A stretch of DNA of 64,000 nt from a virus. Taxonomy: Duplodnaviria > Caudoviricetes. Of this stretch, positions 40,505 through 50,273 are shown in pieces. Location of the stretch: positions 128,001-192,000 of the IMG/VR virus record IMGVR_UViG_3300032280_000442. One strand, given 5' to 3'. The position numbers and the translations under genes were made by a program. The number at the start of each line of letters is the position of its first letter. Position 1 is the first letter of the stretch. The notes beneath the pieces were generated by a model. It did not search any database and had not been told where the DNA came from. It saw only the letters and a list, made by a program, of their open reading frames with translations.

Positions 40505-40963
40505 TTATATATTAATAATTACAAAATCGCTACTATTAAACACATCATTATTAATGATATAATCAATTTTAACTTTTGCAGTATGTTCATTATTTGAGAT
40601 GTTAGGTACACGAAATACTCTTTCATCATTATCGTTTATATAACTACCTTTATCTTCGTCAGTATCTGAAGCCGCTCCAATAGAAATATTAGTAATTCTT
40701 ATACCCGGTAGATATATTCCGGCAGCCTCTCTTATTTCCGTTTCTATTTCTGAAAAAGTAGGACCGTCTAACGGTTCAAAGATAAATTCATATAATCTTG
40801 TCCCAAAATCAGGTAAATAATATCTACTACCTTTTTTTGATAATAAAAGGTGTATTAAATTAGACCTAATTTCTTGGTCACTATAATCCGATAAATCTAA
40901 ATATTTTCCATCATAAGAATCTCTGAAAGGAAAAGTTAACCCATATGTTGTTCCATCTGCCAT
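40505..40963 (-). CDS. baseplate gp25-like protein
   Basis: GLTFPF, IRSNLIHLLLSKKGSRYYLPDFGTRLYEFIFEP. Likely start MADGTT at 40963. Confidence 0.85.
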   Translation of the reverse strand: MADGTTYGLTFPFRDSYDGKYLDLSDYSDQEIRSNLIHLLLSKKGSRYYLPDFGTRLYEFIFEPLDGPTFSEIETEIREAAGIYLPGIRITNISIGAASDTDEDKGSYINDNDERVFRVPNISNNEHTAKVKIDYIINNDVFNSSDFVIINI

Positions 40964-41011
40964 AACTATAAATATAGTGTCGTCATTATTTTTTATAAAT
41001 ACCCCCAAAAT

Positions 41012-41038
41012 AAAAAATCACGACCTAAGTCGTGATTT
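41012..41038 (-). terminator. intrinsic terminator after nrdA
   Basis: AAATCACGAC-CTAA-GTCGTGATTT running into a T-tract on the minus strand. Confidence 0.8.
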
Positions 41039-41047
41039 ATATTCTTG

Positions 41048-43462
41048 TTAAGAACCACATCCGAAACATTCAAATTCCGTATCTGTTGGTTTTAAAGTTA
41101 GTTCAACTGTTGGTTTCTCAATTTGTTTTGGTTGACCTACTTTTGAAATGTCCACCGCCAAGTGTTTAGCTCCGGTTGATATCGCTTTTGTTCTAACATA
41201 ATAACAAAGAGTTTTTAATCCTTTACCCCAAGAATGGAAGTGTGATGATGAAATCTTTGATAATGTTGGGTTTGACATATAGATATTCATTGATTGTGAT
41301 TGGTCAATGAATGGTGCTCTGTCAGCCGCCATATCAATAAGCTCTCTTTGAGATATTTCCCAAATTGTTTTGTATTTTGGAATTAAATGTTCAATCCTTT
41401 TAACTTTCTTGTTATAATTTTTATCTTCTTGGTCAAGATAATTATTAAAGTTAATATTTTGAATTGACCCTTCATTCATAATGATTTCGTTTTTCAAATC
41501 TTCAGACCAAATACCAATTTTCTCAAAATCGTTAATTAAGTATTTGTTAACAATTAAAATCTCACCACCAACAACACGACGATTAAATAAAGCCGAGTGA
41601 GCCGGTTCTGTCATTTCAAATGAACCTGTGATTTTAGCCGAAGAAGCTACTGGCATCTGAGCCGTGAATAACGAGTTACAAACCCCGTGATTGGATACTT
41701 CTAACTTAAGTGAGTCCCAATCCCACATTCTACCTAACCCTTCGTAATCTAATCCCCACATATCAAATTGGAATATACCTTTTGACATTGGTGAACCTTT
41801 AAAGAATTCGTATGGTTTATATTCGCCTGATTTACATAACTCCATACTCTCAGTGATTGCTGCAAAATAGATGGTTTCAAAGATTTCTTTGTTTAATTGT
41901 TTTGCCTCTTCAGATGTGAATATGTAATCCATTAAGAAAAACACGTCGGCAAGACCTTGAGTTCCAATAGCAATCGCTCTTTGTTCTAACCCACCTTTTC
42001 TACCTTGTTCAGTTGAATAACTATTAATGTCAACAACTTTGTTAAGTGCTCTAACAACCTTTCTAACTTCACTATAAAGTAATTTGAAATCAAACTCTCC
42101 TTTAACAATAAAGTTCTTCAATACCATAGATGATAATGTACAGATTGCGGTAGTATTCTCATCAGTATATTGGTAAATCTCATTACATAAGTTAGATTGT
42201 TTAATCACCCCAATATTTTGATGGTTAGTTTTTCTGTTAGCACTATCTTTAGAACATAAGTAAGGAACTCCGGTTTCAACCTGAGATTCAATAATCTTAT
42301 TCCAAATTGTTTGTGCTTTTACTTTTTTACCAAGACCAAGTTCAACCGCTTTATTATAGTTTGATTCATACTCATCACCATAAGTTTCCTGCAATGGTTT
42401 GATACCCGCTTTTTTAATATCGTTAGGACAGAACAAATACCAATCCGCATTGTCCTTAACCGCATTCATAAAGTTGTCCGGTAACCATATTGAGGTAAAT
42501 AAATCTTTTGCTCTTAATTCTTCAGCCCCCGTATTCTTTTTGATTTCAAGTAAATCAATAATATCTTTGTGCCAAGGTTCAATGTATATAGCAGCACTAC
42601 CCGGTCTTCTACCTTGTTGATTAAAGAATCTTAACCCTTCGTTAACAATCTTTAGGTATTTTAATAAACCACCGGCAAATCCACCTGATGAGTTAATACG
42701 ACTCTCTTTACTACGAATGTTTGACATACATAATCCAATACCCGCAGCATCTGACGAATATGTTGAAATATCGTTGAATGTTTGTAATAACCCTTCTCTT
42801 GAATCTCCGTGATTGTATTTCAATACACAAGACGCTAGTTGAGGAGTTCTAGTCCCCGCATTAATCATAATTGGTGTTGCAGGAGATATAACTTGATTTG
42901 ATAATGATTGATAATACTCAACCGCTTGTTCAAATGATTTAGTAACCCATAAAGCAACTCTCATATACATATGTTGAGGTCTTTCAATTACTCTACCTTC
43001 AGGATTTTTTAACAAATACATTTCTTGTAATGATTTCCACGCAAAATAATCAAAATTGTAATCATTCTCGTGATTTATTACAGAATCAATATTTTCCGTA
43101 CCATATAGTTCAATAGTCTCCATTAACTTATCGTTAATGATACCATCAACGTGTAAGGTGTGCATTGTGTTACAAAAACTATCATCAGTTTCTTTGTGGT
43201 ATGCAGAAATAGCCACAGAAGACGCCAATCTTGAATAATCGTGGTGACTTCCGGTATATGCTGCAGCAATCTCGTAAACCAATTTATCCAACTCTTTGGT
43301 TGTAATAACACCCTCTGTTGGAACCGAAGTAATCACCTTAATGAATACCTCGTCAGCATTTACATTTAATCCTCTTGCCGCTCGTTTAACTCTATTATAA
43401 ATTTTTTGGGGGTTGAACGAAACTTCGTCCCCCCCTCTTTTTCTTATCTTTAGTGACATCAT
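41048..43462 (-). CDS. nrdA: ribonucleotide reductase class Ia alpha subunit with ATP cone
   Basis: ATP cone, SPATP, LASC, SNLCNEI, MPVASSA, DQSQS, C-terminal CFGC. Confidence 0.96.
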   Translation of the reverse strand: MMSLKIRKRGGDEVSFNPQKIYNRVKRAARGLNVNADEVFIKVITSVPTEGVITTKELDKLVYEIAAAYTGSHHDYSRLASSVAISAYHKETDDSFCNTMHTLHVDGIINDKLMETIELYGTENIDSVINHENDYNFDYFAWKSLQEMYLLKNPEGRVIERPQHMYMRVALWVTKSFEQAVEYYQSLSNQVISPATPIMINAGTRTPQLASCVLKYNHGDSREGLLQTFNDISTYSSDAAGIGLCMSNIRSKESRINSSGGFAGGLLKYLKIVNEGLRFFNQQGRRPGSAAIYIEPWHKDIIDLLEIKKNTGAEELRAKDLFTSIWLPDNFMNAVKDNADWYLFCPNDIKKAGIKPLQETYGDEYESNYNKAVELGLGKKVKAQTIWNKIIESQVETGVPYLCSKDSANRKTNHQNIGVIKQSNLCNEIYQYTDENTTAICTLSSMVLKNFIVKGEFDFKLLYSEVRKVVRALNKVVDINSYSTEQGRKGGLEQRAIAIGTQGLADVFFLMDYIFTSEEAKQLNKEIFETIYFAAITESMELCKSGEYKPYEFFKGSPMSKGIFQFDMWGLDYEGLGRMWDWDSLKLEVSNHGVCNSLFTAQMPVASSAKITGSFEMTEPAHSALFNRRVVGGEILIVNKYLINDFEKIGIWSEDLKNEIIMNEGSIQNINFNNYLDQEDKNYNKKVKRIEHLIPKYKTIWEISQRELIDMAADRAPFIDQSQSMNIYMSNPTLSKISSSHFHSWGKGLKTLCYYVRTKAISTGAKHLAVDISKVGQPKQIEKPTVELTLKPTDTEFECFGCGS

Positions 43463-43463
43463 A

Positions 43464-44417
43464 TTAAAAATCGTCTGTAAATGTTAATGACTCACCTAAC
43501 TTAGCCTTTTGATACTCCATTGTTCTTGATTCAAAGAAGTTACCTTTTGTTTCAACAGCAATCTGTTCCATAAATTTAAATGGTTGTTCCACATTAAAGT
43601 GTTTTTTACAACCAAATTTAACTAATAAACCATCAGTAACAAATTCAAGGTATTGTTTCATTAAATTTGAGTTCATACCAATTAAAGACACTGGTAATGA
43701 TTCTGTTATAAATTCTTTTTCAATCTCTAACGCAGATAGTAAAATTTCTTTAATTCTTTTTTCTGTTGGTTTGTTCTCAACGTGATTATTAATCAAATGA
43801 ATTGCAAAATCACAATGTAAATTCTCATCTTTAAAGATTAATGAGTTAGCATTACATAATCCTTGCATAATACCTCTTGATTTCATCCAAAAGATAGAAC
43901 AGAACGAACCTGAGAAGAAGATACCTTCAACCGCAGCGAACGCCACTAATCTTTCTTGGAAAGAAGCGTTCTCAATCCAATCAAGAGCCCATTTAGCTTT
44001 CTTTTGAACTGCCGGTAATCTATCAATTGCGTGGAAACATTCATCTTTCTCTTTATCATCAGACACATAAGTATCAATCAACAATGAATACATTAACGAG
44101 TGAATGTTCTCCATCATAATTTGGAATCCGTAAAAGAACTTTGCTTCAGCATATTGAACCTCTTTTAAGAAATTCTCAGCCAAGTTTTCATTTACAATAC
44201 CATCAGATGCCGCAAAAAACGCTAATATATTTTTAAGGAAATATCTTTCATTATCAGATAGGTTTTCCCAATCTCTAATATCGTTAGATAAATCTACTTC
44301 TTCTGCCGTCCAAAAAGCCGCTTGATGTTGTTTGTAAAATTCCCATATATCATTATGTTCGATTGGGAAAATAACGAATCTGTCGTTATTCGGTTGTAAT
44401 ATTTTTTCTTCTTTCAT
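43464..44417 (-). CDS. nrdB: ribonucleotide reductase class Ia beta subunit
   Basis: [46 protein letters not shown]. Confidence 0.96.
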   Translation of the reverse strand: MKEEKILQPNNDRFVIFPIEHNDIWEFYKQHQAAFWTAEEVDLSNDIRDWENLSDNERYFLKNILAFFAASDGIVNENLAENFLKEVQYAEAKFFYGFQIMMENIHSLMYSLLIDTYVSDDKEKDECFHAIDRLPAVQKKAKWALDWIENASFQERLVAFAAVEGIFFSGSFCSIFWMKSRGIMQGLCNANSLIFKDENLHCDFAIHLINNHVENKPTEKRIKEILLSALEIEKEFITESLPVSLIGMNSNLMKQYLEFVTDGLLVKFGCKKHFNVEQPFKFMEQIAVETKGNFFESRTMEYQKAKLGESLTFTDDF

Positions 44418-44418
44418 A

Positions 44419-45804
44419 TTAATTGTTTTGTGTTTGTTCTTTTTGTTTTCTCTTGTCTAACAAGTCTTTTATTCTTTGTCTATTTCTTTCCTCAGTTTGT
44501 TCTTCTAATCCTAAGAACGTTACCGAACTTTCTGTATCAATCTCTAACATACCATTATCAAATTTACAATTCTCAAATACAACACCATCATCACCAATAC
44601 GTGATTTAGTAATTGCAATCGTTGCTAGTTTCATTTCTTTTTGTTGTAGAGATTTAGCCACGGAAATGATTACGTGCCCAACCTGTGCTTTTTTGATAGA
44701 ACCACCCATTTGGTCAGTTGTTACAACATCAGAAGATATTGAACTTCTATTACCTTGAGTTGCAGTCCATCCAACTAAATTAAGTTCGTGACACATAGCC
44801 TCAAATGCTCTCATAACAGACCCTTCAGATTTCCATTCATCCCCCAAGTTTTTATCAGGAACCACACAATCAATGTAGTCCAATAATACCATATCAATTT
44901 TGTTTCCTTCAGAAATCATTTTTCTAATTTGATTCTTAATTTGCATCATTGTTACAGTATCAGATGGAAGTTTTTTAAGTATAAGTTCGTTAGTCATTTT
45001 TTCCTTAACTTCTTTTACTTTATCCATAACTTCATCTTTTCTAATAGACAATTCATCCGGATGGATTTTTGTCCATAAAGTAATGTGTTTACGTTGAATA
45101 ATCTTTGGGTTATCCTCAAAGAAAATTTGTAAAACATTGTATCCCAAATTAAACGCGTGATTTGAGATTTTTGTTAGTAAAGTTGATTTACCAACACCTG
45201 TTGGTGCTAATACTACACCGATTTCACCTTTTGCAAGACCACCTTTTAAGAGTCTATCTATCCCCGGAATACCCATTGGTATTGGATGACGATAATCCTC
45301 GTTTAAAACATCATCTAAGTTACTGAAAACACTCTCAGTTCCCTTATCGTGTTCCCCTACTTGAAGAGCTTTACTCACCATCTCTTCTAATGTGTCATAA
45401 CTCTCAAATTCACCCGTGTCGATGATTTTTTGAGCTTTAACCATTACTTTCTGTAACTCCTGTTGTTTACAGAACTTCATCGATTTTTCTTGTACAAATT
45501 CAGCCCCTTCAAGTGTAGACTCCTTAACTTTTGTAAGGGTATCAATAATGATTTTTGCCGCTAAGGGTTGTTGTATCTCAGATTTTGTAATTTGTTCTAA
45601 GGTGTCAAAGGTTGGTGTGTGTTCGTATTTTGTATAATACTCTTTAATCATTTGAATGATTAATTTGAAGTATTTATTCTCAAAATAACTTGTTTCAATC
45701 ACATCTATAATAGACCTTGAGAAATCTTTGTCGATAATGATTTGGTTTAATAATTGTATCTGAAAGGTACTACCTAGATACTCGAAATTTTTGTTTGACG
45801 CCAT
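44419..45804 (-). CDS. dnaB: replicative DNA helicase (DnaB / T4 gp41-like)
   Basis: Walker [26 protein letters not shown]. Confidence 0.9.
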   Translation of the reverse strand: MASNKNFEYLGSTFQIQLLNQIIIDKDFSRSIIDVIETSYFENKYFKLIIQMIKEYYTKYEHTPTFDTLEQITKSEIQQPLAAKIIIDTLTKVKESTLEGAEFVQEKSMKFCKQQELQKVMVKAQKIIDTGEFESYDTLEEMVSKALQVGEHDKGTESVFSNLDDVLNEDYRHPIPMGIPGIDRLLKGGLAKGEIGVVLAPTGVGKSTLLTKISNHAFNLGYNVLQIFFEDNPKIIQRKHITLWTKIHPDELSIRKDEVMDKVKEVKEKMTNELILKKLPSDTVTMMQIKNQIRKMISEGNKIDMVLLDYIDCVVPDKNLGDEWKSEGSVMRAFEAMCHELNLVGWTATQGNRSSISSDVVTTDQMGGSIKKAQVGHVIISVAKSLQQKEMKLATIAITKSRIGDDGVVFENCKFDNGMLEIDTESSVTFLGLEEQTEERNRQRIKDLLDKRKQKEQTQNN

Positions 45805-45834
45805 ATATTTTTTCTTTTAGTGTAATAATAAATA

Positions 45835-46287
45835 CTACACACTTAGGGTAACATCTAGATATTTTTTTGTTAAATTTTTAGATGAAAAGATGTCAGTCAA
45901 CTCCATCAATAAGTTTTTTAGGTGTGGGCGTACATCCACAGTATATCTTATCTTTGGAGGGTATACTTTAGCATCCACCTGTCTATGACAAATTGTCATA
46001 TCATTTTGTTTAATAAAGATGTTAAAGTACTCAGGACCATCCGTATAAGACGTTTCCAAAATAGCCGGATTGTTAATAATTTCGTACATATTGTCCGTCA
46101 TATACGTCACGGTTTTCAATGATAATTGTGTGTGAATATCGTCTCTAAATTCACGAAGTAATTCATAAAGTTCTAATGAGTTTTTTGCCTCACTGTTAAA
46201 CTCTCTCACGTTAAAAAATCTCTGTACAATGATGTTATCATTTACCATCATTAAGAATTCTAATTTTACCGATTCTTGGTCTTTCAT
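45835..46287 (-). CDS. hypothetical protein
   Basis: 150-aa ORF in the replication operon. Confidence 0.75.
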   Translation of the reverse strand: MKDQESVKLEFLMMVNDNIIVQRFFNVREFNSEAKNSLELYELLREFRDDIHTQLSLKTVTYMTDNMYEIINNPAILETSYTDGPEYFNIFIKQNDMTICHRQVDAKVYPPKIRYTVDVRPHLKNLLMELTDIFSSKNLTKKYLDVTLSV

Positions 46288-46295
46288 AGTTTTAA

Positions 46296-47300
46296 TTAAT
46301 TGTTGTTATAATTTCTTTTTTCTTTTCTTGTTAGTTTCATAAAGGGTCTAACAAAATTTACCCACGCATCATCCCCCTTTGGTAGATATTTAAAAAAACC
46401 GTCTTCCATCATCATCTTTATAAGATTCCTATGACCCCTTCCATCAGGGTCTAAAGTTTCTCTATAATATAACTCTACAAGTTCTTTAGCATCATCAGTA
46501 ATTAACGGATTTGATAGATTTATTATTTTCTCATTAATAGTGAAAAATTCCTCCCCATATATACCGGTTTTTGTTTTACCCGATAATAAGTTTTGTAGTG
46601 TTTTATTGTTTTTGTTCTCCTTTAGTAAGTTTTCAGTTTTTTCTAAAATATCGGTAATTGAAACCGGTTTTTCAAGTAGTTCAGGAAAAAACTTGATGAG
46701 AGTTTTTTCACCTAACCCTGAAATACCATCGATGTTATCAGATTTATCTCCCGATAAAATTTTATAAGTTTTAATATTTTGATGAGGAAATTCGTAAATT
46801 TCACATTTGATTTTACTACCAAGAGTATACGTCTCTTTAGTTCTTGGATAATAAACCGATACCTTATCTGATATAAGTTGTGTAAGGTCTTTATCCCCCG
46901 AATAGATGGTTTTTTGTTCGTTCTCAGAGATTTGGCAATAATAAGAAATCAAATCATCCGCTTCATTATTATCTACGTTGATTTGTCTTATATAACAATC
47001 CTCCAAGTATTGTTTGATTCTCTCTTTCTGCTCAGTGAAAGAATCTAACTTATACTCGTTGTCTCTGTCTCTACGTTGTTCTTTATATTGGGGATAAATA
47101 AGTTTGCGAGCTGAAGAGTTATCATCACCATCCCACATAACAACAACTTTATCAAAGTTTTGTTCATCTATCAAACGTCTAATTGTATTGATAAAATGCC
47201 ATAACCCACCTATGTGTTTTGTTCCGTTAAAAAAATCTTTAACTCCGCAAATACCAACCTTTAATAGGTAATTTCCGTCGACCAAAAGTGTTTTAGTCAT
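46296..47300 (-). CDS. 5'-3' exonuclease / flap endonuclease (PolA N-terminal domain, T4 RNase H-like)
   Basis: LLVDGN, WDG, YK..R, EADD, SGDKDLTQL, GDKSDNIDGISGLGEKT. Confidence 0.92.
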   Translation of the reverse strand: MTKTLLVDGNYLLKVGICGVKDFFNGTKHIGGLWHFINTIRRLIDEQNFDKVVVMWDGDDNSSARKLIYPQYKEQRRDRDNEYKLDSFTEQKERIKQYLEDCYIRQINVDNNEADDLISYYCQISENEQKTIYSGDKDLTQLISDKVSVYYPRTKETYTLGSKIKCEIYEFPHQNIKTYKILSGDKSDNIDGISGLGEKTLIKFFPELLEKPVSITDILEKTENLLKENKNNKTLQNLLSGKTKTGIYGEEFFTINEKIINLSNPLITDDAKELVELYYRETLDPDGRGHRNLIKMMMEDGFFKYLPKGDDAWVNFVRPFMKLTRKEKRNYNNN

Positions 47301-47321
47301 TTGTTTTGTTTGTATTCGTTA

Positions 47322-48050
47322 CTATAAAATTTTGTTACTTTTTTTCAAATTATCTTCCGCCCATAATGGTTGGAGATTTTCATAATGACACAACTTATAA
47401 AGTTCGTCTTCTGTTTTCGCCGATGATAATGGAATGATGTGGTCAATATGCCACTCACTCCTGTTATCCCAACTCATACCATCAGTAAATTGGGTTTCTA
47501 AATGTTCTTTTAAAAATTGGGGAGAACACCCTACGATTTCGAAGGTTTTGTTTTTTTTGGTTATGTTTCGGGTTTTAAGAAACGATAAAAGTCTAGACCT
47601 CATTACACATTTTAATCTAAAAATAACATCATTTTTTAATCTTAAAGAATGATAAAGATTTCTTTTTACTTTAATTTTTTCCTTATTTTTTTCTGACCAT
47701 TCTTTTTTATAAGTTAAAATATTTTCTTTATTCTTCTCATAATATATTTTATACCTGTTTGGGTCTTTTTGATATCTTTTTTTTGACCTATCATTATCTT
47801 TTATCCTAATAACATCAATATTTTCTTCTCGGTAATTTTTAACTTTTAATAATATTTTTTCCCGGTTATCAACATATTCTTTTCTTTTTTGGTCTTTTAT
47901 TTTTTCATCGTTATTATCCCTATATTTTTTCCAAACAAGATAAGAACATTGTTTACATTCAGTTCTAAACCCATCTTTAGAATCTTTTCTTTTTCTAAAA
48001 TTAGACAATTCTTTTTCAATATTACACTTACCACAAACTTTAGTTTCCAT
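47322..48050 (-). CDS. free-standing HNH (homing-type) endonuclease
   Basis: N-terminal CxxC..CxxC, basic helical repeats, WHIDHIIP...HYENLQPLWAEDNLKKS. Confidence 0.87.
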   Translation of the reverse strand: METKVCGKCNIEKELSNFRKRKDSKDGFRTECKQCSYLVWKKYRDNNDEKIKDQKRKEYVDNREKILLKVKNYREENIDVIRIKDNDRSKKRYQKDPNRYKIYYEKNKENILTYKKEWSEKNKEKIKVKRNLYHSLRLKNDVIFRLKCVMRSRLLSFLKTRNITKKNKTFEIVGCSPQFLKEHLETQFTDGMSWDNRSEWHIDHIIPLSSAKTEDELYKLCHYENLQPLWAEDNLKKSNKIL

Positions 48051-48192
48051 TTTTAATATATTCTTTTAATAATTTATTAACAAGGGAAGATAAGTTTATA
48101 GATTTATCCTTAAAGTATTGAGGTAATTGGGGGTCAATCGCAACCGAAACCTTTACCTTTTTTTTATCTTCATCAATTTTATGTCTTCCCAT
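48040..48192 (-). CDS. 50-aa ribbon-helix-helix-like DNA-binding protein (not in the ORF track)
   Basis: MGRHKIDEDKKKVKVSVAIDPQLPQYFKDKSINLSSLVNKLLKEYIKNGN; overlaps the HNH start; TATTTAT 5 nt upstream. Confidence 0.72.
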   Translation of the reverse strand: MGRHKIDEDKKKVKVSVAIDPQLPQYFKDKSINLSSLVNKLLKEYIKNGN

Positions 48193-48244
48193 ATTATATA
48201 AATATCTTAAAAATACTTAAAAGTAGTAATAGTATCAATTTTTT

Positions 48245-49231
48245 TTAACTAAAATCTTCTTCTTCAGTTTCACCCAAAATAATCTCACCTGTTCCACTAA
48301 GAATCGCATTCCAATAACCAGAATATTCTTTTTTATATTTATCTAAAGCTTCTTTTGTATCAGATATATAACCGTGAGGAACCGCAATAATCTTACCATC
48401 CTTGTATGCAATCCCATTTACGTGATTTTTCAAAATAGAAATTTTAGTTCGTATAGCATAGGAAATTGTTCTTCCATTTTTTGTTGCCGTTATATGATTT
48501 ACCCCCGCCTTTTTTTGATTACCAAATAGAAATACTAATGAAGACGCTAAATATAATGCCTCACCACCTTTGGGTTTAATTTCTGGTTGACCAAAAGGTC
48601 CATCAGGAAGGAGAACCCAAGGCTGATTACAAACAACTAAAGTATTATAATAAGGATAATCTTCTTTTTTAGATTTAGAAATTCTAGAATGAATCCCCAT
48701 ACCTATTTTATCCGCAAGTACTTTAGCGTTAAACATACCCCCACCTTTACCATCAAATGTCATCTGACACGGTATACTTCCAATTGAGTCCCATAGGAAC
48801 AATAAACTATAAGGTATATCTCCCTTTTCTTGAGCATCTAATATATCATTTATAAAATCAGTTGCTTGTTCAATAACATCAAAAGAATCGTTAAATATAA
48901 AATGACCGTCCCATTCCCCATCTTCATTTTGTTCAGCTTGTAATCCTAATTCTACTGCGTGAAACCAGGACCATTTTTTTTCTGTTATAATTAACACCGG
49001 TAAATGTCCTTTTTTTTGAGCATCAACAGCCGCTAATATCATAGCCGTTGTTTTTGAAGCATTACTATGCCCCAAGAACATATTAATACCCCCCATTACA
49101 GGACCTGGTAAACCGCAAGCATCCATAAAAGCTTCACCGCAGTTATAGAAACTCTCAGGTTTGTATTTTGTTTTTGTCGAGAATTTACCTTTTATATCCT
49201 CTAACGAAAATGTTTTCTTTTTAATCGCCAT
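48245..49231 (-). CDS. recA: RecA/UvsX-like recombinase
   Basis: Variant Walker A GHSNASKT, TE, WDSIGS, NQPW, KGGEAL, KN motifs. Confidence 0.85.
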   Translation of the reverse strand: MAIKKKTFSLEDIKGKFSTKTKYKPESFYNCGEAFMDACGLPGPVMGGINMFLGHSNASKTTAMILAAVDAQKKGHLPVLIITEKKWSWFHAVELGLQAEQNEDGEWDGHFIFNDSFDVIEQATDFINDILDAQEKGDIPYSLLFLWDSIGSIPCQMTFDGKGGGMFNAKVLADKIGMGIHSRISKSKKEDYPYYNTLVVCNQPWVLLPDGPFGQPEIKPKGGEALYLASSLVFLFGNQKKAGVNHITATKNGRTISYAIRTKISILKNHVNGIAYKDGKIIAVPHGYISDTKEALDKYKKEYSGYWNAILSGTGEIILGETEEEDFS

Positions 49232-49270
49232 ATGTCTAATTAATTTATTTTTTTAGTTTGTTTAGACAAG

Positions 49271-49298
49271 TTGGACACCGAGTAATCTCAGTGCCCAA
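49271..49298 (-). other. RNA stem-loop between ssb and recA
   Basis: Minus-strand UUGGGCACUGAG-AUUA-CUCGGUGUCCAA pairs fully with two G-U wobbles, which work only on the transcribed strand; no U-tract. Confidence 0.55.
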
Positions 49299-49322
49299 GT
49301 TATATGTCCAAGTTTTGTTTGA

Positions 49323-50177
49323 CTAAAATGGCATATCATCGTCCTCTTCAGCACCAGCTTGTGGGTCAATCGGAGCAGATGGTTTAGAACCACCAAATGA
49401 CATTTCATCTTCGTCAGAGTTACCATAATCATAACCACCTTTATCTGAGTTCCATTTTGGAGTTTCTCCTCTTGCAATAGCCTCTAAGTATTCAACAGGT
49501 TTTTTAGAATAAACATCTTCCCAAGTTAACTCATCGTTAATCCAAGATTCCGCAATTCCTTTATCTTCGTGAACCGGAGTTGCATCATCATACATAACTG
49601 TCTGAATTACTGTGTAGTAAGCACCTTTTGGAGTTTTCGCTTTAGTTAATTCTAAGATAATATCTCTACCTTTTTCAGGGTCTGCAATATCACCTTTGTT
49701 TCTGTAGATTGGAATAATTTTGTCGTATATTCCCTCATTTTTGTAGTTAGACTTAAATCTCCAAAATTTAACACCGTCTTCTTCATTATCTCTATCGATA
49801 ACTTTAACAATGTAAAATTTACGTGATAAGTAATTTGACGCTAATTTTTTATCAGCCTCTTTACCTGTTGAACGTAATTCTTCGTAAACCTCTGTTAAAG
49901 GTGAACGTTCACTGTCGTTTTTTCCCGGGTCATAAAATTTTTGGAATTTTCCGTCTACTTGAATCTCGTGGTACCAAACTTCTTTAAATGGTGAAGAACC
50001 ATCTTTTGTTGGTAAGATTCTTAATCGTTTTTGTCCTTGAGTTTCCTTATCAGTAAGGATTGCTGCAAAGTATTTTTTCATTCTTTCTTCTTGTGTGAAT
50101 TTTGAGGTAGAAGAAGTACTACCTTGTTTTGCTTTCTCGTATTGAGCCAAAACTGCGTCTAATGAATTTGTCGCCAT
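49323..50177 (-). CDS. single-stranded DNA-binding protein (T4 gp32-like)
   Basis: RLRILP, PF.EVWYH, VIDRD.EEDGVKFW, DPEKGRDI, acidic tail ending DDDMPF. Confidence 0.85.
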   Translation of the reverse strand: MATNSLDAVLAQYEKAKQGSTSSTSKFTQEERMKKYFAAILTDKETQGQKRLRILPTKDGSSPFKEVWYHEIQVDGKFQKFYDPGKNDSERSPLTEVYEELRSTGKEADKKLASNYLSRKFYIVKVIDRDNEEDGVKFWRFKSNYKNEGIYDKIIPIYRNKGDIADPEKGRDIILELTKAKTPKGAYYTVIQTVMYDDATPVHEDKGIAESWINDELTWEDVYSKKPVEYLEAIARGETPKWNSDKGGYDYGNSDEDEMSFGGSKPSAPIDPQAGAEEDDDMPF

Positions 50178-50206
50178 AGTGTTTAAAATATTTAAAGGTT
50201 TATAAA

Positions 50207-50235
50207 AGTATAAGTGTCAGCCGTGTGTTTGTCAA
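50207..50235 (-). promoter_or_regulatory. canonical sigma70-type promoter TTGACA-N17-TATACT upstream of ssb
   Basis: TTGACA at 50235-50230, 17-nt spacer, TATACT at 50212-50207. Confidence 0.6.
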
Positions 50236-50246
50236 ATTGTTTTGTG

Positions 50247-50271
50247 AAAAAAAGGGTCCGAAGACCCTTTT
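50247..50271 (-). terminator. intrinsic terminator with UUCG tetraloop
   Basis: Minus strand AAAAGGGTC-TTCG-GACCC-TTTTTTT. Confidence 0.85.
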
Positions 50272-50273
50272 AA

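Noticed and set aside
40967-40974. T4 late promoter TATAAATA (also at 51163, 48197 and 14465)
   Set aside because: It lies on the strand opposite to the adjacent genes; the sense motif is TATTTAT.
41048-45804. Introns or inteins in nrdA, nrdB or the helicase; stop-codon reassignment
   Set aside because: Genes are uninterrupted and of normal length in the standard code.
49262-49477. 71-aa ORF overlapping the ssb 3' end, and the other short nested or antisense ORFs in the track
   Set aside because: They overlap well-supported genes and have no motifs or expression signals.
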